Below, piece after piece: positions 19,178-28,900 of a stretch of 64,000 nt of DNA (positions are counted from its first letter, which is position 1; the number at the start of each line of letters is the position of its first letter). A program made the translations under genes and the position numbers. The notes below the pieces were generated by a model. The model made no database searches. It saw only the letters and a list, made by a program, of their open reading frames with translations, and had not been told where the DNA came from. Source of the DNA: Patescibacteria group bacterium (GTDB lineage: Bacteria; Patescibacteriota; Doudnabacteria; UBA920); contig JAMDAY010000028.1 in the NCBI GenBank assembly GCA_023484515.1, forward strand, positions 2,544 through 66,543, read 5' to 3'.

Positions 19178-20560
19178 TTGGCCAAGATTGATCATAACGC
19201 CCATAACATGCTTATGCAATATTTAAAAAAAATCATTCCCGAAAAGATACTGAAATTTTTACGCCCCTTTTACCACGGAGCTTTGGCTTTGGCCGGGCAT
19301 TTTTATTTTGGCCGGCCGTCCCGCCGGTTAATTGTTATTGGCGTGACCGGCACAAACGGCAAGTCCACCACCGTAAATTTAATCGCGCAAATCTTGCAGG
19401 AAGCCGGTTATAAAACCGGCTATACGTCTACCGTCACCATGAATGTCAACGGGAAGGAATATCTCAATAAAATAAAAATGACCATGCCTTCGGGCTGGGT
19501 GCTGCAAAAGCATATGCGGCAAATGTTAAAGTCCGGCTGCCAATATGCGGTGCTGGAAGTGTCCAGCGAAGGCTTGGCGCAGAACCGGCATTTGGGAATA
19601 AATTTTGACGCGGCTGTCTTTACCAATTTGACTCCCGAGCACTTGGAATCCCACGGCGGGTTTGAAAATTATAAGCTGGCAAAAAGCAAGCTTTTTGCTT
19701 CGCTTATAATGAATAAGATGTCCGCAGAAAAACGCAGGATAAACCGCAAATTGGGGAAGGCAATAGTTTTTAACGCAGATGACCAATATGGGAAATATTA
19801 CGCCAGTTTTAAGTCAGACCTATGCCTGTCATACGGTGTAAAGAACCGGCAAGCGGATTTAATCGCATCTGATATCAAATATTCGCCTGATGGATTGGAA
19901 TTCATAATTCATAATTCCAAATTCATAATTCATTTAAAGGGCCAGTTTGACGTTTACAATTCCCTGGCAGCCATAGCGGCCGCACAATCACAAAACATCA
20001 GTCTGGAAATTTGCAGATCGGCCTTGGAAAAAATTCCGGTGGTGCCGGGCAGGATGGAAATAATTCAGGGCAGTCCGTTTACGGTGCTGGTGGACTACGC
20101 CTACGAGCCGGAAGAAATGCGGCAGCTTTACGAAACCGTTTCCCGCTGGCCGCATGGCCGCATTATCCAGGTCTTAGGGCCGACCGGCGGCGGGCGGGAC
20201 AAGGCAAGAATTTTTACTTTGGGGGAAATGGCGGGAAAATTCGCGTCCGAAGCAATTATTACCACGGACGACCCTTATGACGAAGACCCTAAGGCCCTAA
20301 GCCGGCCCATGGTTGAAGGCGCGGCCGCCGGGGGCAAAACGGAAGGCCAGAATTTATTTTGCGAATACGACCGCCGCCTGGCAATCCGTCTCGCGCTGCG
20401 GCGCGCGCAAGCCGGCGACCTGGTGTTAATTACCGGCAAGGGCGCGGACCAGAAAATGGCGCTGGCCGCGGGAACCTACGCGGACTGGGACGACAGGGGA
20501 GTGGCAAGGGAGGAACTTAAAGAGTTACAAGTTCATCAAGTTATCAAGTTTATCAAGTAA
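19178..20560 (+). CDS. Mur ligase family protein (MurE/MurF-like), lacking the usual N-terminal domain
   Basis: GVTGTNGKSTT P-loop. MurE-like C-terminus TTDDPYDEDP...DRRLAIRLAL...ITGKGADQK. Confidence 0.7.
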   Translation: MAKIDHNAHNMLMQYLKKIIPEKILKFLRPFYHGALALAGHFYFGRPSRRLIVIGVTGTNGKSTTVNLIAQILQEAGYKTGYTSTVTMNVNGKEYLNKIKMTMPSGWVLQKHMRQMLKSGCQYAVLEVSSEGLAQNRHLGINFDAAVFTNLTPEHLESHGGFENYKLAKSKLFASLIMNKMSAEKRRINRKLGKAIVFNADDQYGKYYASFKSDLCLSYGVKNRQADLIASDIKYSPDGLEFIIHNSKFIIHLKGQFDVYNSLAAIAAAQSQNISLEICRSALEKIPVVPGRMEIIQGSPFTVLVDYAYEPEEMRQLYETVSRWPHGRIIQVLGPTGGGRDKARIFTLGEMAGKFASEAIITTDDPYDEDPKALSRPMVEGAAAGGKTEGQNLFCEYDRRLAIRLALRRAQAGDLVLITGKGADQKMALAAGTYADWDDRGVAREELKELQVHQVIKFIK

Positions 20561-20573
20561 AAACAATCAAGTA
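20528..20573. repeat. left inverted-repeat arm of CAAGTT-unit repeats, overlapping the 3' end of the Mur ligase gene
   Basis: caagttcatcaagttatcaagtttatcaagtaaaaacaatcaagta. The reverse complement recurs at 20926-20962. Confidence 0.7.
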
Positions 20574-20574
20574 T

Positions 20575-20919
20575 ATGAAAATAGAAAGATTCGAGGATAT
20601 TATTTCTTGGCAGAAAGGTATTGACCTTGCTATTATTGTTTATGGTGTTCTAAAAAGTAATAGGGATTTAAGTTTTAAAGATCAAATCCAAAGGGCAGTG
20701 GTAAGTATTTCAAACAACATTGCGGAAGGGTATGAAAGAAAAAGCAATAAGGAACTTGCACAATTTTTATATATTGCCAAGGGTTCTGCTGGAGAAGTCA
20801 GGTCCATGGTCCATATGGCTTTGAGGTTAAAATACATTACCCCATCTCAATTTGACGATATCTATCAAAGATGTTTGGAAATTTGTCGGCTACTTTCAGG
20901 TTTTATAAAAACTTTATAG
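20575..20919 (+). CDS. four-helix-bundle protein (23S rRNA IVS-protein / Avd-like, TIGR02436-type)
   Basis: ...AVVSISNNIAEGYERKSNKELAQFLYIAKGSAGEVRS... matches the family signature. 114 aa. Confidence 0.75.
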   Translation: MKIERFEDIISWQKGIDLAIIVYGVLKSNRDLSFKDQIQRAVVSISNNIAEGYERKSNKELAQFLYIAKGSAGEVRSMVHMALRLKYITPSQFDDIYQRCLEICRLLSGFIKTL

Positions 20920-20925
20920 ATTAGA

Positions 20926-20962
20926 AACTTGATAAACTTGACGAACTTGAAACTTGATAACT
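20926..20962. repeat. right inverted-repeat arm (AACTTG units), reverse complement of 20528-20573
   Basis: aaacttgataaacttgacgaacttgaaacttgataac. Confidence 0.7.
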
Positions 20963-20965
20963 TTT

Positions 20966-21268
20966 ATGGTTTTATACATTGACACAACTGATTTTGGCAA
21001 GATAACGTTTGCCGCAACGGACGGGAAAAAATTGTGGAAAAAATCCTGCAAAATTGACCCGCATAAATCGCATGAGACTTTGGGATGTCTGGAAAAATTT
21101 TTCAAGGCAGGAAAGTTTAGCCGTAGTCAGGTCAAAAAAATTGTGGTCAACAAAGGGCCGGGCAGTTATACAGGAACCAGGATTGGGGTAACAATTGCCC
21201 AGGCTTTGGGTTTTGCCTGGGGCGTGCCGGTTAAGTTTTTGCCCAAGGACAAGATGCCTGCCTTGTAA
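20966..21268 (+). CDS. tsaB: TsaB (YeaZ)-like N-terminal fragment, truncated after ~100 aa
   Basis: MVLYIDTTDF...GPGSYTGTRIGVTIAQALGFAWGVPV matches the TsaB N-domain. The ORF stops early and repeat-rich DNA follows. Confidence 0.55.
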   Translation: MVLYIDTTDFGKITFAATDGKKLWKKSCKIDPHKSHETLGCLEKFFKAGKFSRSQVKKIVVNKGPGSYTGTRIGVTIAQALGFAWGVPVKFLPKDKMPAL

Positions 21269-21428
21269 GGGAAGACTGGTGGTAACGGCTGCTTTGGCAA
21301 AATGCCAAGGCAGCTTTTTATGACGCGGATATTAACGCTGATCTTCTACGCCGATCCATCGCGAATCTAATAACCATAAGGAATGGGAAAGACGAAAACG
21401 TACTTCCGGGATAGAGTCAGTGATGACG

Positions 21429-21526
21429 CACATCTGGGATAATCTTGTTTAAGTTTGGTTGATGATGATTATTATCAGGTAATCTAAAGACCGCTTATCC
21501 CAGATGTGCGTCATCACCCAAAACAT
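21429..21526. repeat. perfect 23-bp inverted repeat gtgatgacgcacatctgggataa / ttatcccagatgtgcgtcatcac with a 52-nt loop
   Basis: Read directly from the sequence. Non-coding. Confidence 0.8.
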
Positions 21527-21719
21527 CTGTCTCCTTTGAACACCACAACACGTGTTGTGGTGTTCCCGCCATATAGGCCAGGCGGGTCTGTAGTTGCCTG
21601 ATTCATCAGGCTCTTTGCAAAGCTGAGTGAACTAAGCGACTACAGCTTAAGGGGGCAAGGCTTAAGGTTTATTGGAGGTTTTTTAAGGTTCTTTTCCCTA
21701 TGGCATTGCGTCCCCTTGG

Positions 21720-21889
21720 TGTCATTGCGAGGCACGTCGCTCGCGAACGACGTGCCGAGGAGCCAGGGCTTTAACTGGGCCGCGAAGCAATCTATCATAA
21801 GCACAAGAAAAAGATTGCTTCGCTCGGATGCACTCGCGATGACACGCGGGATAGATTGCTTCGCTCGGATGCACTCGCTCGCAATGACA
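21720..21889. mobile_element. MITE-like element with TGTCATTGCGAG terminal inverted repeats (copy 1, 170 bp)
   Basis: TIR tgtcattgcgag at 21720 and ctcgcaatgaca at 21878. The internal blocks agggctttaactgggccgcgaagcaatct and ttgcttcgctcggatgcactcg are shared with the copy at 40425-40662. Confidence 0.65.
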
Positions 21890-21989
21890 CCGCGCTTTAT
21901 GCCAGTAATGACACCGCATTTTGCATGCCCATTGCAAGCCAGGTACCAGGCGGCACTGTGGCAAGGGGAGTTAATTACAAATTATCCTT

Positions 21990-22046
21990 TGTAGGGGCTG
22001 CCCTTTGGGCGCCCGAACTTGCGGGCAGCTAAAGCTTGCCCCTACA
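21990..22046. repeat. REP-like GTAG-headed palindrome (intergenic copy)
   Basis: tgtaggggctgccctttgggcgcccgaacttgcgggcagctaaagcttgcccctaca. Confidence 0.8.
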
Positions 22047-22170
22047 TTCTTTATGGGTTTGTTGCCTGCTTTAGGGGGCAAGGTTTCCAAGTGTTCCGGT
22101 GTAACATTAAAATATGCGGAATAAGCAGCTTAATGAATTGGGCAACTGCAAGCTTAAGGAGGCTTTGCGC

Positions 22171-22206
22171 CTGTCCTTGTAGGGACAGGTCTAGACCTGT
22201 CCTTAC
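22171..22206. repeat. partial REP-like element containing the tgtaggg head and the gacaggtctagacctgtcc palindrome
   Basis: The same inner palindrome occurs in the valS-embedded copy at 48074-48131. Confidence 0.6.
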
Positions 22207-22665
22207 GTCCTTGACATCAATGACCAGCTTGGCAATGGCTTTATCCGGGACATTCTTGGGCCTGTTCCTACTGTCCGTGATATCTGTGATCAGTGATCTG
22301 CGCCTTGAACCGAAGACCTTCAGGCCAGCTGGAACAGAGGGTTTATCCGTAATCCGTGTTTATCTGTCTGCCTTGATCCGTGTTAATCTGTTTGCAGTCT
22401 AACACCGGTTTAGCCTTGACAAATGGCTGTTTTTTTGCTAATATATATATAGAAAAAGTATCGGATAGCCAATAGGCAATAGGCAAGCCAAAACTAGCTT
22501 GCTTAAACAAGCCTAAATAGGCTAGAGTGAAACAAAAAACTACAGAATATATGCGGATTAATACGCTGATTTAACGCTGAAAAATTACGGCGCGAATCAG
22601 TGTAAATTGGATATTTATATTCTATAGTAGTTAAAGAAACAAATATCAAATAACAATTTAATCCC

Positions 22666-22908
22666 TTGTCTTCCCAAGAACAGTTGTCAATGCTGACTTC
22701 GGGCAAGCTGATTTCCATCAGCCAGGCCGCGACTTTAACTCCGTATAGTGCGGAGTATTTGAGTTTATTGGCCCGCAAGGGGAGACTGAATGCGATAAAA
22801 ATTTCCCGCGACTGGCTGACTACGGAAGAGGCGGTTAAAAATTACGTGGCCAAGCAGGTCAAGAAGCACGAAAAAATGCTCAAGATGCTGGAAGGAGGAA
22901 AAATATGA
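22666..22908 (+). CDS. excisionase-like helix-turn-helix DNA-binding protein (paralog A)
   Basis: TPYSAEYLSLLARKGRLNAIKISRDWLTTEEAVKNYVAKQVKKHEKML is nearly identical to the 31916-32146 product. HTH_17-like pattern. Its stop overlaps the start of the giant gene (ATGA). Confidence 0.6.
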   Translation: MSSQEQLSMLTSGKLISISQAATLTPYSAEYLSLLARKGRLNAIKISRDWLTTEEAVKNYVAKQVKKHEKMLKMLEGGKI

Positions 22909-25900
22909 AATCCTTCCTGCAAAAAATTGGGAATGCCTTGGGGTTAAGGCAGCAGCCCGTGGTGATTAACGCGAAGTTTATTACTCCCCAAAGCCTGAAA
23001 GAAAATTCCAAACCGGCAGCTCCGGCCTTTGCGGCTGCGCCCCGCGTCCCGGAGTCCCGGATCCCGGACAAAAACAAAACTGCGCCGCTTGCCCGCCAAA
23101 CCGCCAAGAGCGCGCCTATGGCCAAATGGATCGGAAAAATTCCCAGGCCGAAATTCGTTTTGGCCGTGCCCAAGCCGCACCGCGCTTTGGCAGTTGTGCT
23201 GGCCAAAACGTCAGTCGTTCCGTTTAAGCTGCCGCAGTTGCCCGCGCCCCTAAAAAACAAAATGCTGGCTAAATTGCCTAACCGCGTTTTGGCGGGTTTG
23301 GCTGTGCTGCTGTTTGCCTTAAGCATGTCCTTGTGGGGCGCGGCCAAAGAGATACAGATAAAGCATGCGGTTCCCGCAGGGGTCAACTCCGGAATCCTGA
23401 AATCTTTGTCGTTCAGTATCCCTAATAATTTTTCAAACAACGGGCATTCAGGCAGCTCTGTTTCAGCGGCTGGCCAGCGCATTTATCAGCGCCCATTTGG
23501 CAAATACGAAAATTTGCCGGCCAAAGAAAAAGCAGTATTTTATCCAAGCAACGACAACCTTCATTTGCTGTCGTTGTTTACCGGCGGCATTGGCAACTGG
23601 TTCGGATATTTTGGAGGATTGCGGGCAGAGTATGCGCCGTATAAATACGCAGCGCAAAATAATTCAAAAGGCGAAGCGGTTAGCCGCCATGCGGATTTAG
23701 TAAAAGGCAGGGATTCTGAATTTGTTGGCCAGGCGGGCGGGGCCCCTAAGCTGCCAGTTGGGACAATAAATTTTTCAGCCAGGCTGCAAGCGGTTAAAAT
23801 TTCCGCCCGCACGCTGGCTTTGGTTTGGACGGATTTTCTGTTCCGCCATCCGGCCATAAATTTTGCAAGCCTGCAAAGCGCGGCCCAAAATTGGAAGACG
23901 GACATTAGCCGGTCGCTTAAGACAGGCGTTGCCGCTTTTGCCGGCGTGGGCAAATCGGACGCGCAAATTTGGGGGCAAGCTTTAACCTGGCAAATAAGCG
24001 TCCGGAAAAATTTGCCGGAAGCGGCAGACAGCCAACGCGTTGCCAGCCAGGATACAATTGCACGTTATTTTGTAACATTGCAAAACTTTAACTTAAAGGC
24101 GAAGCAGTCTTTTGCTGAAATAAAGACTGCCGCGGTTTCATATTTTAAAGTTAAAGATATTAATTTCCGCAATGACGCGGCAAGCGGCCGCGTCCAAAAG
24201 GGAGAAGTCTTGGGCGCGGTAGACTATCCCGCCGGCCAGGAATCAAAATTTATAAAAATTTTCACCAATGGAGTAGGGGAGTGGTTTAAAATTTTGCCCG
24301 ATGTAAAATATTCGGAGGCTAATCAACAGCAAAAAGCCGGCAAAGGCATGGTGCTGGGCTTGTCGTCCGCCAAGGAGAACAATTCTTCTACCGTGGGCAG
24401 TATTTCCTTAAATCGGCTGGCGCAAAAGAGCTTGCAAGGACTTAATAATGCGGCAGCCTGGGAAACAAGGCAGTTGGTAAAGTTGGCAAATTTTGGAAAA
24501 GTCGCAGCCAAAGGGGTGGGAAAAGTTTGGGGGCAGGTTGCCGGCGCGGGAAAAGGCGCCTGGAACCGCGCGGTGGCAACGGCAGGACATATTTTGCAGA
24601 CCGGCAGCGAAGAAAATGTTTTGCCTTTAATTACGCATGACAAGTTTGGGCAAATGGTGGGGAACAATGGGCCGGCAGGCAATGGCGAAGCCGCGAACTT
24701 AAATTCCCAAACGCCGCAAACCGGTCCAGAGGCCGGGCATTCGGCAGCCGCCATTTCCCAACCGGCAGGCGCGCCCAACGCGGGCAGCGGCAGGCCGGCG
24801 TCTGCAGCCGTTTTAACGGCCGTTGACCCCATGTTTGTTAACCGGCTAATTGACGCGCGGCTTAACCAGTATTTGGCCGAAGGCAAATTTAAAGGCGAAA
24901 AGGGCGAAAAAGGAGACAAGGGAGACAAGGGGGACACCGGCTTAATTACTAACCCCGCAACCAACCAGTCTTCCGCGGTTGTGGGCGGCTATCCCATTGT
25001 CACTTATGTTCCTCCGGTTCCCGCCCAGGGATTTGCCGGCACTTCTTTGGCGGGCTTTGGCAATTTGTCCGCTGCAATTTTGTCAGTCTCTGACCAGACA
25101 AGCTTAAACAATCTTACTGTTACCGGCAATGTCAGTTTGGCTACCACGACCGTTACCAGTTTGACTATTGCCAGGATAAATCCGCAATTCACCGCCGGCT
25201 CTGTTGTTTTTCAAGGATCTTCCGGCCTGGCCCAGGACAACAGCAACTTCTTTTACGATGAAACTAACCATAGATTGGGAATTGGCACCAGCACTCCGTT
25301 AACCGTGTTGGAAATTGACGCTACGGACGCTTTGCGCATTCCGGTGGGCAACACCGCGCAGAGGCCGGCCGTGGCTTTAACCGGCCAAATCCGCTATAAC
25401 CTGACCACGCACCAGTTTGAGGGTTACGGCAACAATAGCGTCTGGCAGGGTTTGGGCGGGGTTATTGATGCCGACCAGGACACTTACATTACGGCGGACA
25501 CGAGCAATGCCGACGAAGATACCTTGCGCCTGTTCACTTTGGGCAACGAGCGCTTGACCGTGACCAGCGCCGGCAATGTTGGCATTGGCACGACCACGCC
25601 GGGCTATGCCTTAACCGTGGTTGGCGACGGTTACTTTACGGGCAATGTTAACATTGGCCAAAACTTGACCGTAAATGACGGGGCGGTAATCATTGGCAGC
25701 GCTACCACGACCAGCCTGACCGTAAATGCGGCCATTGCTTCCAATTTAATTCCCGATGGCAACAATACCAGAAGCTTGGGGAGCGCTTCCTATTTCTGGA
25801 GCGATTTATACGTGGGCGAGTTGCATGCCAACTTGATTTCCGACGCCTCTTCCACTTTAAGCGGCACGCTTTCCGACAGCTTTACCATTAACAGCGACAA

Positions 25901-28900
25901 TGCCAGCGCCGATGCCGAAAACGCGGATTTAATCTTCTTCCGCGGCGCCTCCGGGGCAGACCCTAACGCCTTAATTTCCTGGAATTCTACAGCCAAGCGC
26001 TTTGACTTAAACCAGCCAACTTTTATCCAGAACGCCTCGCCTTCCACCACAACCATTCCAACTTTGCTGCTTCAAGGCTCTGTCAGCCAAACCGCGGATA
26101 TTTTCCTCGCAGCCTCTTCCTCCGGCACTTCCTTGTTTAATATCACTTCCTCCGGCAACGTCGGGATAGGGACGACGGCACCAAGCCAGTTGTTGACGGT
26201 TGGTAATAACAATCAGTTTACGGTTAGTAGTTCTGGTGCAGTTGTGGCCGCTGGGCAGATTCAAGCCAATTCACTTTATACTCTCGGAAATGTGTATGGG
26301 TACGGTTTCCAAAGTGTTAATGGACCCTCGCAATCTTACATTGACATGACAAGTTATAGTAAAGCTATAGCATTTTCAGCCAGTTCCACAGAGGTAATGA
26401 GGTTAACAGGAAACGGCAATATCGGCATCGGCACCACATCGCCAGCGAACAAGCTAACGGTGGTTGATGCGGATACAACCTCCCCGGCGGGGATAGGTTC
26501 GATTAAGCTTACCCAGAATATTTCAAATCCTTACGAATTATTTATGGGTGTCAACAGCACCTATGACAACAACGAAGGAAACGGAGCCGCGTATATACAG
26601 GCGCAGCATTCGGGGGTGAATGTTTCCGGTCTGCTGCTTAACCCGAACGGAGGCCGCGTGGGCATTGGGGTGCTTCATCCTCAATCCGCGTTGGATGTCA
26701 ATGGCGGAATGAGTATTGGTTCTTACGCCGGAACCAACACGGCTCCATCGAATGGATTAATAGTAAGCGGCAATGTGGGCATCGGGACAACAAGTCCGGC
26801 GGCGAAGTTGGATGTCGTTACTTCCAGTAATAATGAAATGAGGTTTTTGGACCAGATGACCTATGGTACTGCAAGCAGCAGCAATGCCACCGGATTGTTT
26901 CTGACCACTCCAACTTATAATAACGGCGGCGGACCGTCTATTGCTTTCGGCCGCGGCACAGGAATCAATGCTACGGAAATGTGGGAGACCGGCATAGACT
27001 ATCGCGGCGGCGGCAATTTGTGGAGCGGCGGCGGAGCGGGCGCATATATTTTAGCCTATCAATGGGAACCCAACGGCCAGTCGGCGGACCGCATCGCCGT
27101 CAAACCTTACGGCCAAACTTCTATTGGTCTGCCGGATGCCGGCTTGAGCCAGTTTACTGCCCAGTTAGAAATTAGAAATCAAATAGCTAGTTTGCCAGTG
27201 GAGATTCTTTACCCCAATTTGACCCAAAGCGGCGATGTCTGGCAGGTACGCACTACGAACAATGGTTCGTCGGCCATTTCTATACCTTCCGGCGCTGTGG
27301 ACGCTTCCAACGCTAACGCTATCGTTCCAATTTTAAGATTAATGCATCCCTCCGCTGCTAGCGGCGTCGGTAATGGCGCAGCCATTGATTTTGTCGCCTC
27401 TTCCGATGGCACGACCATTGGATCAGAAATCGCCGGGACGCGCGCGGCTTCAGGGGGCTGGGGTAACTTGCAGTTTTTGACTCGCAACGGTTCGGGTCTT
27501 TTGGAACGCATGAGGATAGATAATAACGGCAACGTCGGGATTGGGACAACAGGTCCCACATCGGCATTAGAGGTTACGTCTGGCTCTGGAAATGCTTCTG
27601 TAAAATTAAGTTCAAATGCTTATGGCGGAGTAATAAGTACTGCCTCGGGCAGCAATAGCGGATACTTGTATCTAACGCCAGTCGGACGGGTGGTTAGCTT
27701 GTACGATAATACCAACGCTTATAAATTGAATATTTATAACGGCAGTAATGCTGAGTTTTCGTTTGATTCAAACGGCAATAGCTGGTTAAACGCAACCACC
27801 GGCAACGTGGGCATCGGGACGACGAGTCCTGGGGCAAAGTTGCATGTATATGGGACAGATTATACCGGTGCCATTTTTCAAAACACCAATCCTGCCAATT
27901 TTGGGTATAACCAGTTTACTAACGCTGGTGCGGCCACTTCGTATCAATACTGGTTTGGTAATACGTATAGTTCTGCAACGAATAGGTATGTTCCATCATC
28001 ATTCTTGCTCGACGCAGCAGGGACAGGCGGTTTAGGTTTGGCCGCTTCAAATGCTTCTGGGGCTATTCGCTTTTATACTGGTGGGGATAATGAAAGGGTC
28101 AGGATAGATAATAACGGCAACGTCGGGATTGGGACGACGAGCCCAAGCACTAAGTTAGAAGTTTGGGATGGCAATGATGGTTCTGGCGGAGTTATTACTG
28201 CCAAGGACGGCGGAGCTATATTAATGGCCGCTGATAGTAGCTATCCGTTGCAAGTTGGAAATAACACCGGAGGCGCCAATAATATTAGATTCCGTATCGG
28301 ATCGGATGGCACTATTGATTGGAACAACAATAACAGTGCTATTCCCACGATAACTTTGCCGACAAACAAATATCTGGCAGTATCGGGTGGAAATGGAATG
28401 ACAATAGCTGGCAACGTCGGAATTGGGACGATAAATCCGGCGGAATTGCTTGATGTGGCAGGTAACATCCGGCTGACAAACTTTAGGACCCATAATGTTA
28501 CCAGGACTTTAAGTTCTGCTATTAACGGGGTGGTAGATATTGGCACCTTCAACTTCACGTTGGGCGCGGGGGAGTTGGACGTAACCATAGTCACGCAAGG
28601 CACAGGCTACTCTATTGCTAAAACTTACAGAATCCCGGTCAGATATGATGCTACAAGCAATGCTTGGAAAATTGTATTGCCTAATTACGATTCCGGAGTA
28701 TATTCTGGAAATAATTTCCAACTGGAGGTTAAAGTCGGCACTACGAATGCCTCTTTGCGTATTCGCTCGTTGACTGCCAATTCAGCGACCGCTTATATTA
28801 CCATCCAGCAAAATGGCTTGAATAGCGACAGTTTTACCGAATCCACAGCCACTTCCACCGAGGCGGCTATTACCCAGACTTATACTTACACCCCGGTTGC

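Noticed and set aside
22944-24964. Minus-strand ORFs 22880-23482, 23561-23953 and 24323-24964 inside the giant gene
   Set aside because: They are antisense to a strongly supported 7.7-kb ORF and have Ala/Pro/Gly-rich artefactual composition.
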